64,000 bases of DNA, from positions 32,001 to 96,000 of the forward strand of contig JBFXKG010000001.1 of the NCBI GenBank assembly GCA_050174015.1, in the 5' to 3' direction. Shown in pieces: positions 40,073 through 50,530 of the stretch. The notes beneath the pieces are model-generated. The model made no database searches. It had not been told where the DNA came from and saw only the letters and a list, made by a program, of their open reading frames with translations. Numbering within the stretch: the first letter of the stretch is position 1; each line of letters starts with the position of its first letter. Origin of the DNA: Candidatus Krumholzibacteriia bacterium. GTDB taxonomy: Bacteria; Krumholzibacteriota; Krumholzibacteriia; LZORAL124-64-63. The position numbers and the translations under genes were made by a program.

Positions 40073-42655
40073 TCAGCGCCAGTCCTTCGGCGCAGGATAC
40101 ATCGCATCCCACCATTCCGGCTGACCCTTCAGGTGCTTCGCGAAGAACGACAGGATGGTGTCGTTCCAGACGATGCGCTGGTCGTGATCCAGGATGTGGT
40201 GGTCCTGGTCCATCACCTGCACGTACTCCACCTCGCGGCCCAGCAGCTTCAGCGCGGTGAAGAGCTGGTCGCTCTCGCCCTTGGGCACGTTGGTGTCCGA
40301 ATCTCCGTGCACCAGCAGCAGGGGCGTCGTGATCCGGTCCGCCTGGAACAGCGGGCTCTGCCCCACGAACAGCTCCCGGTCCTGCCAGGGGAACGAGTTC
40401 GCCAGGGCGCGGGCCCCGTAGGCGTAGCCCCACAGGCCCTCGCCCCAGTAGCTGGAGATGTCCGAGATGCCGGCGTGGCTCACCGCGGCGGCGAAGATGT
40501 CGGTCTGCGTGACGAGGTACTCCGTGAGGAACCCGCCGTAGCTGGCGCCGATGCAGCCCACGTGGTCGCGGTCGGCCCATCCGAACGTATCGAGGAGGAC
40601 CTTGGTGGCCTCGATGACCTCGCCGGCGGTCAGCTTGCCCCAGTCGTTCACGTGGCGGGCGGCGAACTCCTGGCCGTACCCCGTGGCCCCGCTGGGGTTG
40701 GGCACGTAGACCACGTAGCCCTGGCCCGCCCAGACGTTCTTGGGATAGCGGCCGCCGAAGTCGCGGGTCACGGGGCTGGTGCCTCCGTAGTAGTAGACGA
40801 TGACCGGATAGGTCTGCGCCGGATCGAAGTCCGGGGGATAGTAGATGAATCCGTCCAGGTCCTCGCCCTTGGGCAGCCTGGCCACCCAGGTCTCCACCTT
40901 GCCCAGGGCGATGTCCCGATAGTCGCCCGCAACGGGGTCCAGCAGCTCGCGGCTACGGTTCTTCTTCAGGTCGACGCGCATGACGCGGTTGGGACGATTG
41001 GCGTCGGTGCCCCGCGTCACGGCCACCCCGCCGGTGCGCGGCAGGGCGATGGCGTCGGTGTACTCGAGGCCGGTGTCCACCTTCTCCCAGCCGCCCTTGC
41101 CGGGATTGAACCGGTAGACGGTGCTGTACTGGGTGTCGGTGCAGCGGGCGTAGATCATGCCGTCGGCCCGGGACCAGGCGAACCAGCCGGCGTCGGGGCG
41201 GAAGTCCACGGTGATGGGGTCGGGCGTCCGGGTCGCCAGGTCGAACAGGTAGAGCTGCCCGCCGTAATCGTTGGCCTGGACGCCGTCGGGCAGGTTGCGG
41301 CCCAGCCCGTCGAAGGCGGACGGTGACCCGCTCAGGCACAGGGTCCTGCCGTCGGGACTGAACTCGGCCCCCCCGATCCAGCGGTCGTCCAGGATCTGCT
41401 GCGTCTTTAGGGTGGTCAGGTCCATCAGCCACAGCGTGCTGGTGAAGTAGGGCCGGGCGGTCAGGTCGGGTTCGCTGGTGAAGAACAGCAGATGCCGGCC
41501 GTCATCGCTCAGGCTCCAGCTCTCGGGGCTCACCGGGCCGGCGGTCAACCGCCGGCTGACGCCCCCGGGCACGAAGACCTGCTCGAGGTGGGACCGGTTG
41601 CGGTACCAGGACTGGCGGTCCGCGGGGTGCGCCACCCGCTTGACTTTCCGCTTGTCCGCCTCGGGCTCGCGGTTGATCTCGTAGACGATGGACCGGCCGT
41701 CGGGGGCCCAGCGCCAGGAGCCCAGCTTGTCCACGTCCTCCAGGACGGGGGAGGCGGTTCCGGCGGTCAGGTCGTACAGCCAGACGGTCGCCTTGCCGTC
41801 CTGGGTGGTCTGCCAGGACAGCCTGGTCCCGGAAGGATGCCACTGCAGCCGGGACAGGGTGCTCTGGCTGCGCCAGTAGGAGACAAGGCGGCCGTCGTCG
41901 GTCCTGCGGATCTCCAGCCACTGCTCCCGGTTCTTCCCGTCGCGGTACTCGCCCAGCGACACCGCCGCCAGGGACCCGTCCGGGGAAAGGTCCACGTCGG
42001 AGATGCGCGGGGCATCCAGGATGTCGTGGATGTCCACGTGACGGGTGGGATCGACCGTCGCCACGAGCGGCGCGGCAGGCGCATCGGCGGCCGCCTTCAA
42101 GGCCAGGCCGACCGACCAGTCGCCCTCGGCGGCAGGATCGCCCAGGGTGCGCAGGCAGACCAGATGCTTGCCGATAGTCAGGGTGAGTTCGCCCGAGCTG
42201 ACGCCGTCCTTTTCGGTCAGCGCCACGGCCTCGCCGTCCAGCGCGGCTTTCACCGGCCGGCCGGTGGTCACCTCCAGGGTCGTCTTAAGCCAGCGGTCGG
42301 CGTCCACGTAGAAGGCCAGGTAGCGCACGCCCGCTTGACTCGGGGCCTCCCAGCCGTAGATCCCCGCGCCCGATTCCAGCCTCGTCCAGGCGGCATCATT
42401 GCCGTCGGGGCCGGGGAAGGCGCCCCCGTCCCGCGGCGCATCGGCGCCGAAGGCGAAGGGCATGGCCTCGAACAGATCCTTGATCTTGACCCCGGCCAGG
42501 TCGGCGTCGTGGAAGGCCGGCAACAGCAGGGGCAAGGAATCGGACAGGAGAACTTCCGTCACCGGAACCGGCGCGGGTTCGGGCGGGGTTTCCTCGGCCA
42601 GTGAGGTCAGGGGCAGGACGAGCAGGCAGATCAACGCGGTCAGCACGGTCTTCAT
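40073..42655 (-). CDS. Secreted S9 prolyl-oligopeptidase-family peptidase
   Basis: Signal peptide; beta-propeller repeats; GASYGG nucleophile, HGDSDTNVP, DHHI. Confidence 0.9.
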   Translation of the reverse strand: MKTVLTALICLLVLPLTSLAEETPPEPAPVPVTEVLLSDSLPLLLPAFHDADLAGVKIKDLFEAMPFAFGADAPRDGGAFPGPDGNDAAWTRLESGAGIYGWEAPSQAGVRYLAFYVDADRWLKTTLEVTTGRPVKAALDGEAVALTEKDGVSSGELTLTIGKHLVCLRTLGDPAAEGDWSVGLALKAAADAPAAPLVATVDPTRHVDIHDILDAPRISDVDLSPDGSLAAVSLGEYRDGKNREQWLEIRRTDDGRLVSYWRSQSTLSRLQWHPSGTRLSWQTTQDGKATVWLYDLTAGTASPVLEDVDKLGSWRWAPDGRSIVYEINREPEADKRKVKRVAHPADRQSWYRNRSHLEQVFVPGGVSRRLTAGPVSPESWSLSDDGRHLLFFTSEPDLTARPYFTSTLWLMDLTTLKTQQILDDRWIGGAEFSPDGRTLCLSGSPSAFDGLGRNLPDGVQANDYGGQLYLFDLATRTPDPITVDFRPDAGWFAWSRADGMIYARCTDTQYSTVYRFNPGKGGWEKVDTGLEYTDAIALPRTGGVAVTRGTDANRPNRVMRVDLKKNRSRELLDPVAGDYRDIALGKVETWVARLPKGEDLDGFIYYPPDFDPAQTYPVIVYYYGGTSPVTRDFGGRYPKNVWAGQGYVVYVPNPSGATGYGQEFAARHVNDWGKLTAGEVIEATKVLLDTFGWADRDHVGCIGASYGGFLTEYLVTQTDIFAAAVSHAGISDISSYWGEGLWGYAYGARALANSFPWQDRELFVGQSPLFQADRITTPLLLVHGDSDTNVPKGESDQLFTALKLLGREVEYVQVMDQDHHILDHDQRIVWNDTILSFFAKHLKGQPEWWDAMYPAPKDWR

Positions 42656-43047
42656 GAAGTGAACTCCTTGGCGGGGCGTTCGCTGGTCGGGATCGAGGGA
42701 ACAACTATAGGACGGCGGGGCCCTGGGGCCAAGCTCGGCCCGGTCGACCAGCCGCTTTATCCCTGGGGAAGCTCGACAAAACAACCTGAGTCCAAGGGGA
42801 ACGGCGGCTTCTGTTTGCATAAGCAATTGTCTTGTAATAATATAAGATGATCATCCGGGATTTCGGGTCGTATCTCTCTTCCAGCCGAAACCTCAAAATT
42901 CATCCGTCATCGATTCTAACGGCCATTCCCTCAGGTCGCCCTTGCCCATGGATTCCGCGGAATTCTATCGTTTTTTCTTGCAATTTCGCCTTTTTTTCGC
43001 TATCATCCCCCGTGATCCACTCCTCCCGGATTCCCAGGAGGAGAAGC

Positions 43048-44241
43048 ATGTCCACGAGTACCCCCCTTCCCGTCTTCCAGCCCGGCCAGCCGGCCGCCGC
43101 CGCCCACGCCGCCCTCCAGCAGGCCGTCCGGGTCATGGACCAGGCGCGCCACTGCGCCGTCCTCTGGTTCGCCGACGTCATGGCGCGCAGTCTGTACCAG
43201 GATCTCGGATTCGCCTCCATCCAGATCTACGCCCGGCAGGAACTGGGCTTTTCGAAGACCAGGACCGGGGATTTCGTCCGCATGGCCCGGAAGCTGGACG
43301 ACCTGCCGCAGATCAAGCAGTCCCTGGAGACCGGGAAGATCGGCTACACCAAGGCCCGCGAGATCATCAAGGTCGCCACACCCGCCACTGAGAAGGCGTG
43401 GGTGGAGGCGGCCTGCACGACCCCGAGGGGCCGGCTGGCTGAGGATGTCGCCAGGGTCCGGGCCCAGGCCACGGTCATGAGGACCTCGCCCGGTCAGGGT
43501 GAACTGATCCCCGCGGCCCCGGCCGAGCGGCGGCTGGCCGCCGCGGTCCCCGTCAAGGTGTCCCTGGAGATGACCCCCGAGCAGTTCGCCCGGTTCGAGG
43601 CCCTCCAGGAGAGGCTGGCCAAGGCGGGGGTCGGCGGGGATCGCATCGAGCGGATTCTCGCCGGGTTGGATGCGTTGCTGGAGGACGCCCAGGCCGACGT
43701 CCAGGTCGGGGCTCAGGCTGGCTCCAAGGTTGGCGGGCAGGCCGACACCGAGGCCGGGGCCTGCGCCTATGCCTCCGCCGGCGCCTCGACCAGCACCACC
43801 GCCGGCACCACCGCCGGCGCCTCCGCCGCCCTCCCCGAGGGGGTCCCCCGGAGGGTCCCCCGGGGGACCTCTTTCCAGGTTCACGTGCGCCAATGCCCCG
43901 ATTGCGGCCGTTTTTCGGCTGCGACCAGCCGGGGGGAGGTGACCTTCGGCCCGGGGGACGCCGGACGCGTGGCCTGCGATTCCCGCAGGGACGATCCCCG
44001 GACCGGCCGCAACACCGCGATCATCCCGCCCCGGGTGCGACGGCGGGTGCTGGCCCGGGACGGCCATCGCTGCCAGGGGCCGGGCTGCACCAATACGCGG
44101 TTCCTGGAGGTGCATCACGTCCAGCCGCGGGCCCGGGGCGGCACGAACAGGCCCGACAACCTGATCACCCTCTGCAGCGCCTGCCACCGGCACGTCCACG
44201 AGAAGGCGCAGGGGACGGCGGCACCCGTGGCGAAGGCGTAG
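43048..44241 (+). CDS. HNH endonuclease with long N-terminal region (DUF222-like architecture)
   Basis: RRRVLARDGHRCQGPGC..LEVHHVQPRARGGTNRPDNLITLCSACH; RBS AGGAGG. Confidence 0.85.
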   Translation: MSTSTPLPVFQPGQPAAAAHAALQQAVRVMDQARHCAVLWFADVMARSLYQDLGFASIQIYARQELGFSKTRTGDFVRMARKLDDLPQIKQSLETGKIGYTKAREIIKVATPATEKAWVEAACTTPRGRLAEDVARVRAQATVMRTSPGQGELIPAAPAERRLAAAVPVKVSLEMTPEQFARFEALQERLAKAGVGGDRIERILAGLDALLEDAQADVQVGAQAGSKVGGQADTEAGACAYASAGASTSTTAGTTAGASAALPEGVPRRVPRGTSFQVHVRQCPDCGRFSAATSRGEVTFGPGDAGRVACDSRRDDPRTGRNTAIIPPRVRRRVLARDGHRCQGPGCTNTRFLEVHHVQPRARGGTNRPDNLITLCSACHRHVHEKAQGTAAPVAKA

Positions 44242-44591
44242 GGATCGCCTTCACCCGAGGGCCGCGCAGCAGGCGCGAACCAAGCTGGATCACGTGGGGA
44301 GGTTCACGATCGAATGCGAAGGCCCTGAAGGCCGAGTCGAAGGGCCACGGGTGGGTGTCGCTGTGGCTGGACCCATGACCGATCGGAATGGAGAGCGTTG
44401 GAACGAGATCGACCCTCCGGATGCAATACCGGAGTCCTGGAGTTCTGCGCGCGGGATGAAGGAATCGCCTGGGGCCGGATTGGATTCCAGCCGCATGGGT
44501 CCGCGGAGTGCCAGGCCTGGGAATTTCCAGGTGGACTCCTGTCAACAAGATCATTGATTTCCGTTCTCCGAAACCCCATCCTATCCCGGCT

Positions 44592-45503
44592 ATGAGCATT
44601 TCCCGGCACATCAAGAAATCCTGGCTGTTCCTGATCCGGCTCCAGCGGGAGATGGGTTACGACGACTGCATGGGAATGGCGGCCCAGATCGCCTTCTACA
44701 CCATGCTGGGTCTGTTCCCCTTCATGATCTTCCTGCTGAGCGTGGTCGGGACCCTGCCCATCGGCGAGACGCTCCAGCCCGAGCTGCTGAAGGCCCTCAA
44801 GGAGCAGATGCCCGATGAGGCCGCCAACTACGTCACCAACACCGTGCTCAGTCTCCTGCCCGAGCGGAACCAGGGCCTGCTGAGCTTCGGTCTGCTGGCT
44901 TCGCTGTGGGGCGCCAGCATGGCCGTCGGGGCGCTCATCACCACCATCAACCGGGCCTACAACATCCACCAGCGCCGGAACATCGTCAGCCAGAAGATCC
45001 TGTCGATCGCGCTGGTGCTGGTGCTGTCCGGCCTGTGGCTGATGGCCATGACCATCATCCTGGTCGGGCCCAAGTACACCCAGCAGATCTTCCAGTTCAT
45101 GGGCATCGCCAGCGAGACCAACACCTTCTGGACCAGCATCCGCCTGCCCATGGCCTTCGGGCTGAACCTCCTGGCCCTCTCCGTCCTGTACTACATCGCC
45201 CCGGAGGCGAAGCAGAAGTTCCGCTGGATCCTGCCCGGAGCTTTGACCGCCACGGTGCTGTGGATGACGGCCTCGCAGGGGTTCCGCTACTTCCTGTCCA
45301 ACTTCGGCAATTACAACACCACCTACGGCTCCCTGGCCGCGGTGGTCATCCTGATGGTCTGGCTGTGGATCTCCGGCCTGGTGTTCCTGCTGGGCGCCGA
45401 GATCAACGCCCTGATGAAACGCATGGAAGTCCTGGATCCGCCCCGCTACGTGAGGCTTCTGCACCGGCCGCGCCCGCAGAACGGGAACGGGGAAGGGACC
45501 TGA
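44592..45503 (+). CDS. YihY/BrkB-family membrane protein
   Basis: AAQIAFY..LFPF, LWGAS, LPGAL, YNTTYGSLAAVVILMVWLWIS..GAEINA. Confidence 0.9.
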   Translation: MSISRHIKKSWLFLIRLQREMGYDDCMGMAAQIAFYTMLGLFPFMIFLLSVVGTLPIGETLQPELLKALKEQMPDEAANYVTNTVLSLLPERNQGLLSFGLLASLWGASMAVGALITTINRAYNIHQRRNIVSQKILSIALVLVLSGLWLMAMTIILVGPKYTQQIFQFMGIASETNTFWTSIRLPMAFGLNLLALSVLYYIAPEAKQKFRWILPGALTATVLWMTASQGFRYFLSNFGNYNTTYGSLAAVVILMVWLWISGLVFLLGAEINALMKRMEVLDPPRYVRLLHRPRPQNGNGEGT

Positions 45504-45515
45504 GGGAGAACGTCG

Positions 45516-45953
45516 ATGGGGACCGCCGACCGCATGACCGCGACCTGGACCGGGGGGATGCGCTTCGTCCACCGCTCGGGCACGGGCCACGCCCTGGTCA
45601 CCGACGCGCCCGAGGAACACGGGGGAGGCGGCACCGCGCCCTCGCCCATGGAGCTGCTGATCATGGGCCTGATCGGCTGCACGGGCGTGGACGTGGCCAG
45701 CATCCTGAAGAGGATGCGCCAGCCCCTGGAGGGCCTGGAGGTCTCGGCGACCTGGGAGCGGGCCGAGAACCACCCCAAGGTCTATACCAAGATCCACCTG
45801 ACCTTCGAGCTGACGGGGGACCTGGACCCCGGGAAGGTCGCCCACGCCATCGACCTGTCCGAGAGCACCTTCTGCTCCGCTTCCGCCATGCTGCGGAAGA
45901 CCGCCGAAATCACCAGCGAGTTCCACATCCGGCGGCAGGGCGAGGCGGGATAG
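45516..45953 (+). CDS. OsmC-family protein (YhfA-like)
   Basis: PSPMELL..GCTGVDV..LSESTFCSAS. Confidence 0.85.
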   Translation: MGTADRMTATWTGGMRFVHRSGTGHALVTDAPEEHGGGGTAPSPMELLIMGLIGCTGVDVASILKRMRQPLEGLEVSATWERAENHPKVYTKIHLTFELTGDLDPGKVAHAIDLSESTFCSASAMLRKTAEITSEFHIRRQGEAG

Positions 45954-46079
45954 TCCGGCCCGGGAACCGCGCCGCCCCCGTTGATGAATGCCCGGATTTT
46001 TCCTATCCTGATGCGGGGCCCCGGACGGGGTCCCGTCTCGTCGCCGCCTCGGACTCCCATACCCCACGGGGGATGATTG

Positions 46080-49000
46080 ATGAAACGGTTCGCCGCCGCC
46101 CTGTCCAGCTTGGTTTTGGTGTCCGTGTTGCTGTCCGGCGGTCCGGCCCGGGCTGTGACCATCGAACCGGGCCTGAGCGCCGCCCTGGCGGCCAAGACCT
46201 ATCCCGGCAAGGTTCCCGTCCTGCTGGTGTTCGATGATCCGGCCGCCGCCGGCGACCTGGTGGACGATCTGGACCGGCTGGACGCCGCCGGGAAGCGGGG
46301 CGCCGTCCTTCGAGCGCTCCGGCAGGAGGCCCACGAGGTCCAGCGGAACGTTCTGGCCGAACTGGAGGATCCCCGCTGGGCCGGCCAGGTGGGACGGGTC
46401 CACGCCCTCTACCTGGCGGGGGCGGTGGCCTTCACGGCGACTCCGGCGGTGATCGAAGCCCTTGCCCAGCTGCCCGATGCGGCGGTGATGCACGAGGACC
46501 GGATCTTCAAGCTGACCGACGCGGCCAGGGGGACTGCCGCGCCCGGCCTCGCGAGGAAGTCCGCCGCCGCCGCCGATACGGTCTGGAGCGTGAAGTACAT
46601 CGACGCCGACCGGGTGTGGAACGAGCTGGGCATCACCGGCCAGGGGATCGTGGTGGGGCACATCGACACGGGCATCTACCTGACCCACCCCGATCTGGCG
46701 AACCGGTTGTGGACCAACGAGGGGGAGATCCCGGGCAACGGCATCGACGACGACGCCAACGGCTTCGTGGACGACGTCCACGGCTGGGACTTCGGCGCCG
46801 ACGACAACGACCCCAACGACGATTCCGCCGACCCGGGCCACGGCACCCACACCGCCGGCAGCGTGGTGGGCGACGGCTCGGGGGGCACCCTGACCGGCGT
46901 GGCGCCGGGGGCCCGCGTGATGGGCTGCAAGGTGTGGCAGGACAACGGGCTGGGCGGCAGCCTGGGCATGATCTGGGCCGCCGAGCAGTACTGCGTCGAG
47001 AACGGCGCCCGCATCATCACCATGTCGCTGGGGATTCCCGGCGACATCGCCCCCATCTTCATGCGCAACGAGCGCATCAACTGCAACAACATCCGGGATG
47101 CGGGCGTGCTGCTGGTCAACTCCGCGGGCAACGACCACATCCTGTACGATCCCCCCATCGAGCTGAGCCTGAGCGCCCGCGTACCGGCGCCCTGGAACGC
47201 CTTGCCCGTGCCGTACAGCAGCACCGGCGGGGTCCTGACCGTGGGCGCGACCAACTTCCAGAGCGATTCCATCTACCTGGGTTCGAGCCAGGGCCCCGCG
47301 CACTGGGGGGACGTCGATCCCTGGAACGACTGGGCCTACAATCCCGGCCCCGGGCTGACCAAGCCCGACGTCGTGGCGCCGGGAGCGAACGTCAACTCCC
47401 TGGTCATCCCCAGCGGATACAGCGGCAACACCTGGACGGGCACCTCCATGGCCTGCCCGCACGTGGCCGGGGTGGCCGCGCTGATGCTCGAGAAGAACCC
47501 CTCGCTGTCCCCGGCGGGGCTGGATTCCCTGCTGGAGATGACCGCCCGGGATCTGGGCTTCGCGGGCAAGGACAACGTCTTCGGCTCGGGTCAGATCAAC
47601 GCCTGGGCCGCGGTGAACGCGGTGCCGGCGGGTCTGTCCCCCAACCTCAACTTCGCGGGGATCCTGCCCGACTTCCCCGGCGACATGACCCTCGATCCGG
47701 GCGAGATCAGCCTGGTGGCCTTCCAGCTGCTGAACAGCAGCCCGGGGACCGCTGCGGGAGGGATCTCCGCCACCCTGGGCGTGCTGCCCAACGACCACGT
47801 CACGGTGACCGACGGGGAGGGGACCTTCGGGACCATCGCCGCCGGCGGGGCCATGGGCGACAACCAGAACGATCCCTTCGCCCTGGAAGTCGACGCCGAG
47901 GCGCCCCAGGGTTATCCCTTCACCCTGGTCCTGACCGTCTCCGCGGGGGATTTCGTCCGGACCTTCGACATCCCCTGGTACGTCGGGCTGCCGGAGTTCC
48001 GCACCCACGACGTGGGCCACGTCTACCTGACCGTCACCGACCAGGGGGTCCTGGGCTACATGGGGCAGGACGGCGCCGACGGCGACGGCATGGGCGTCCG
48101 CGGCGGCCTCAGCAACCTGTTCATCGGCTCGTTCTGGGCGGGGACGGGTCCGCAGTACGTCTGCAATCGCGACTACGACGGGCTGGGTGCCGAAACCCAC
48201 GAATGGATGGTGTCGAACAACAAGGACGACAGCGGCCGGGTGCGCGATCTCGGGGCCCTGTCCAGCGACCAGACCTTCCGCGCCGTCTTCCACGACGGGG
48301 GCCACACCAGTCCCATGCCCCTGAAGGTGGAGCAGAATTCCTACGCCTTCTCGGGGTCTCCCAACGAGGATTTCGTCATCCTCAAGTACACCCTGACCAA
48401 CCAGGGCCAGACCCCGGTGACCGGCCTGTATGCGGGGGTCTTCTGCGACTTCGACATCGGGGATTCCGCGACCAACCTGGGCAACACCGACCAGGGTCGG
48501 AACCTGGCCTACATCTTCAGCGGGGTGGGCCCCTTCTTCGGGATCGCCTACCTGGACACGGTCCCGGCGGTCAACCTGTCCCTGGTCAACAACCAGCAAT
48601 ACGTCTATCCGACCAGCCGCATCACCGACGACGACAAGTTCGGATTCCTGAGCGGTTCGCTCCGCACGCCCATCGCCCGGACGGGCGACGACTGGTCGGT
48701 CATGGCTTCGGCGGTGGTCGATCTCCAGCCCGGCGTGCCGCGGGACGTGGTGTTCGCCCTGATCTACGGGGAGACCCTGGCGGACGTGCTGGCCAACACC
48801 GATGCGGCCTTCCTGGCCTACGGGGACGTCCTGGTGCCCACCTTCCTGTCCCTGTTCGACGTGACGTACCAGGACCGCAAGGCGATGGTGACCTGGCAGA
48901 GCCTCATCGACGCCGAGCCCAGCCACTACCGTCTGACCCGGACCCTCGACGGGCAGGAGCAGGACCTGGCCTTCGCCCGCGACGCCGAGGGGGTGTTCGA

Positions 49001-49403
49001 GGCGGTCGACGCGGACCTGCCCACCGACCGGGACGGGACCGCCCTTTACAGCCTCTACCACGGCACCGACGAACTGGACTGGAGGATCCTCGCGCAGCAG
49101 GAGGTCGACTTCAGCGAGGCGCCGCCGATCCGGGCGCACCTGGCCTCCTATCCCAACCCCTTCAATCCGCAGGCGACCATCCGATACGCCGTGGCCGAGG
49201 CCGGCCCCATGGAGCTGGCGGTCTTCAATCTTCGGGGCGAGAAGCTGAGGGTTCTGTTCAGCGGTCACCACGCCGCGGGGGAGGACCAGATCGCCTGGGA
49301 CGGCGCGGACGATCGGGGCAATCCCCTGCCCAGCGGCATCTACCTGTACCGGATGACCACCGCTGCGGGGACTCTCACCCGGAAGATGACCATGGTCCGG
49401 TGA
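46080..49403 (+). CDS. Secreted S8 subtilisin-like protease with C-terminal FlgD-Ig domain
   Basis: IDTG, HGTHTAG, GTSMACPHVAG catalytic triad; YPNPFNP C-terminal domain. Confidence 0.93.
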   Translation: MKRFAAALSSLVLVSVLLSGGPARAVTIEPGLSAALAAKTYPGKVPVLLVFDDPAAAGDLVDDLDRLDAAGKRGAVLRALRQEAHEVQRNVLAELEDPRWAGQVGRVHALYLAGAVAFTATPAVIEALAQLPDAAVMHEDRIFKLTDAARGTAAPGLARKSAAAADTVWSVKYIDADRVWNELGITGQGIVVGHIDTGIYLTHPDLANRLWTNEGEIPGNGIDDDANGFVDDVHGWDFGADDNDPNDDSADPGHGTHTAGSVVGDGSGGTLTGVAPGARVMGCKVWQDNGLGGSLGMIWAAEQYCVENGARIITMSLGIPGDIAPIFMRNERINCNNIRDAGVLLVNSAGNDHILYDPPIELSLSARVPAPWNALPVPYSSTGGVLTVGATNFQSDSIYLGSSQGPAHWGDVDPWNDWAYNPGPGLTKPDVVAPGANVNSLVIPSGYSGNTWTGTSMACPHVAGVAALMLEKNPSLSPAGLDSLLEMTARDLGFAGKDNVFGSGQINAWAAVNAVPAGLSPNLNFAGILPDFPGDMTLDPGEISLVAFQLLNSSPGTAAGGISATLGVLPNDHVTVTDGEGTFGTIAAGGAMGDNQNDPFALEVDAEAPQGYPFTLVLTVSAGDFVRTFDIPWYVGLPEFRTHDVGHVYLTVTDQGVLGYMGQDGADGDGMGVRGGLSNLFIGSFWAGTGPQYVCNRDYDGLGAETHEWMVSNNKDDSGRVRDLGALSSDQTFRAVFHDGGHTSPMPLKVEQNSYAFSGSPNEDFVILKYTLTNQGQTPVTGLYAGVFCDFDIGDSATNLGNTDQGRNLAYIFSGVGPFFGIAYLDTVPAVNLSLVNNQQYVYPTSRITDDDKFGFLSGSLRTPIARTGDDWSVMASAVVDLQPGVPRDVVFALIYGETLADVLANTDAAFLAYGDVLVPTFLSLFDVTYQDRKAMVTWQSLIDAEPSHYRLTRTLDGQEQDLAFARDAEGVFEAVDADLPTDRDGTALYSLYHGTDELDWRILAQQEVDFSEAPPIRAHLASYPNPFNPQATIRYAVAEAGPMELAVFNLRGEKLRVLFSGHHAAGEDQIAWDGADDRGNPLPSGIYLYRMTTAAGTLTRKMTMVR

Positions 49404-49480
49404 TAGGGCTGGACCGCGGCCGCGAAGGCGATGGCCGCGCCCGGAATCAAATCCGGGATCATCGGCCGTCCCCTCGCCGA

Positions 49481-50530
49481 TCAGAAGTAGCGAGCCTCGA
49501 ACCGAGCCAGCTGGGCCCCGTCACGGTCGTAGAGATGAAGGTGCTGGCCGCTGACCACCCACGATGCGGTCGCCTCCAGCGCGGCCAGATAGGCCTGCTC
49601 GATGTCCCTGCCGTCGGGGCAGGCCATGAGGGTGGAGGCGACGTCCTTGAACGAGATCCTCTCCCCATCCAGGAGGTACGTACCGATGAGGCGGTTGCAG
49701 CCGCTCCATCCGGCCACCTGGCCGCCGTCGACCCGCAGGATGAGGTGGGCTTCCTTCCTACCCTCGGCCACGGTGACGGCCCGACCGGCCACCCGGGTCA
49801 GCTTCCAGTAGGTGTTCAGCAGTTCGGACCGGTGGCCGGGATTGCCGCAGGTTTCGCCCGGCCACATCCCTTCGAACTCCAGGGGGATGACCGTCCAGAC
49901 CGGACCGGGGCCTTCCATGGGGGGACGCAGGGCGATCCGGGCGTTCAGCTCGGTCATCACGCCGGTTTCCGGCCGGTCCTCCAGGGCGAGGAAGGCCTTC
50001 TCCAGCGCCACGTTGTCCCCTTCGAACGCCACGGGAAACCGCCGGCCCGTGCGGCACTCCTGCAGCCACGCCGCATCGGCGTACCAGCGGTACATCCCCT
50101 GAAGTTCCAGGACCGGCTCGAAGGGGGCGAACACGTCATCCCGGGTCAGGTCGTAGTTCAGGGTCGAGACGATGTCGGTCCCCTCGCGGTCGATCAGGCG
50201 CAGGGTGCGGTCGCCGGTGATCCGCCACCGGACAGGCTCATTCCTTCCGTCCAGCAGGGTCAGTTTCCCCTCGCCGTCGAGCCCCGCCCTGCCCAGGGCG
50301 TCGGTCGAGGCTCCCTCTCCGCGTCCGAGGTAGGTGGTCCGCAGGAACCAGGTCGCATCCTCGAGCAGGACCAGGTGATGGGCGATGCCCTCGCAGTCGG
50401 CGCAGGGCAAAACGCCCTGAAAGCTCGCCGGCAGGGGAAAGGGCAGGGAATCGTCGCCCGGGGCCCCGGCCAGGACGGAAAAGGGCGGCAGGACCGCCGC
50501 CAGGACGAGGAGCACCGCGAGGTATTTCAT
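49481..50530 (-). CDS. NlpE N-terminal plus META-domain protein
   Basis: FQGVLPCADCEGI (NlpE); YWKL..GWSGCNRL..STLMACP (META). Confidence 0.85.
   Translation of the reverse strand: MKYLAVLLVLAAVLPPFSVLAGAPGDDSLPFPLPASFQGVLPCADCEGIAHHLVLLEDATWFLRTTYLGRGEGASTDALGRAGLDGEGKLTLLDGRNEPVRWRITGDRTLRLIDREGTDIVSTLNYDLTRDDVFAPFEPVLELQGMYRWYADAAWLQECRTGRRFPVAFEGDNVALEKAFLALEDRPETGVMTELNARIALRPPMEGPGPVWTVIPLEFEGMWPGETCGNPGHRSELLNTYWKLTRVAGRAVTVAEGRKEAHLILRVDGGQVAGWSGCNRLIGTYLLDGERISFKDVASTLMACPDGRDIEQAYLAALEATASWVVSGQHLHLYDRDGAQLARFEARYF

Noticed and set aside
43690..43870. CRISPR-like or tandem repeat array
   Set aside because: Short irregular in-frame repeats inside a coding region, with no repeat-spacer periodicity and no cas genes.
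44304..49271. 1655-aa minus-strand ORF (also 46616-50632 +, 57755-59740 +, 929-2773 + and similar)
   Set aside because: Shadow ORFs overlapping well-supported genes; no motifs, and expected in high-GC DNA with few stop codons.
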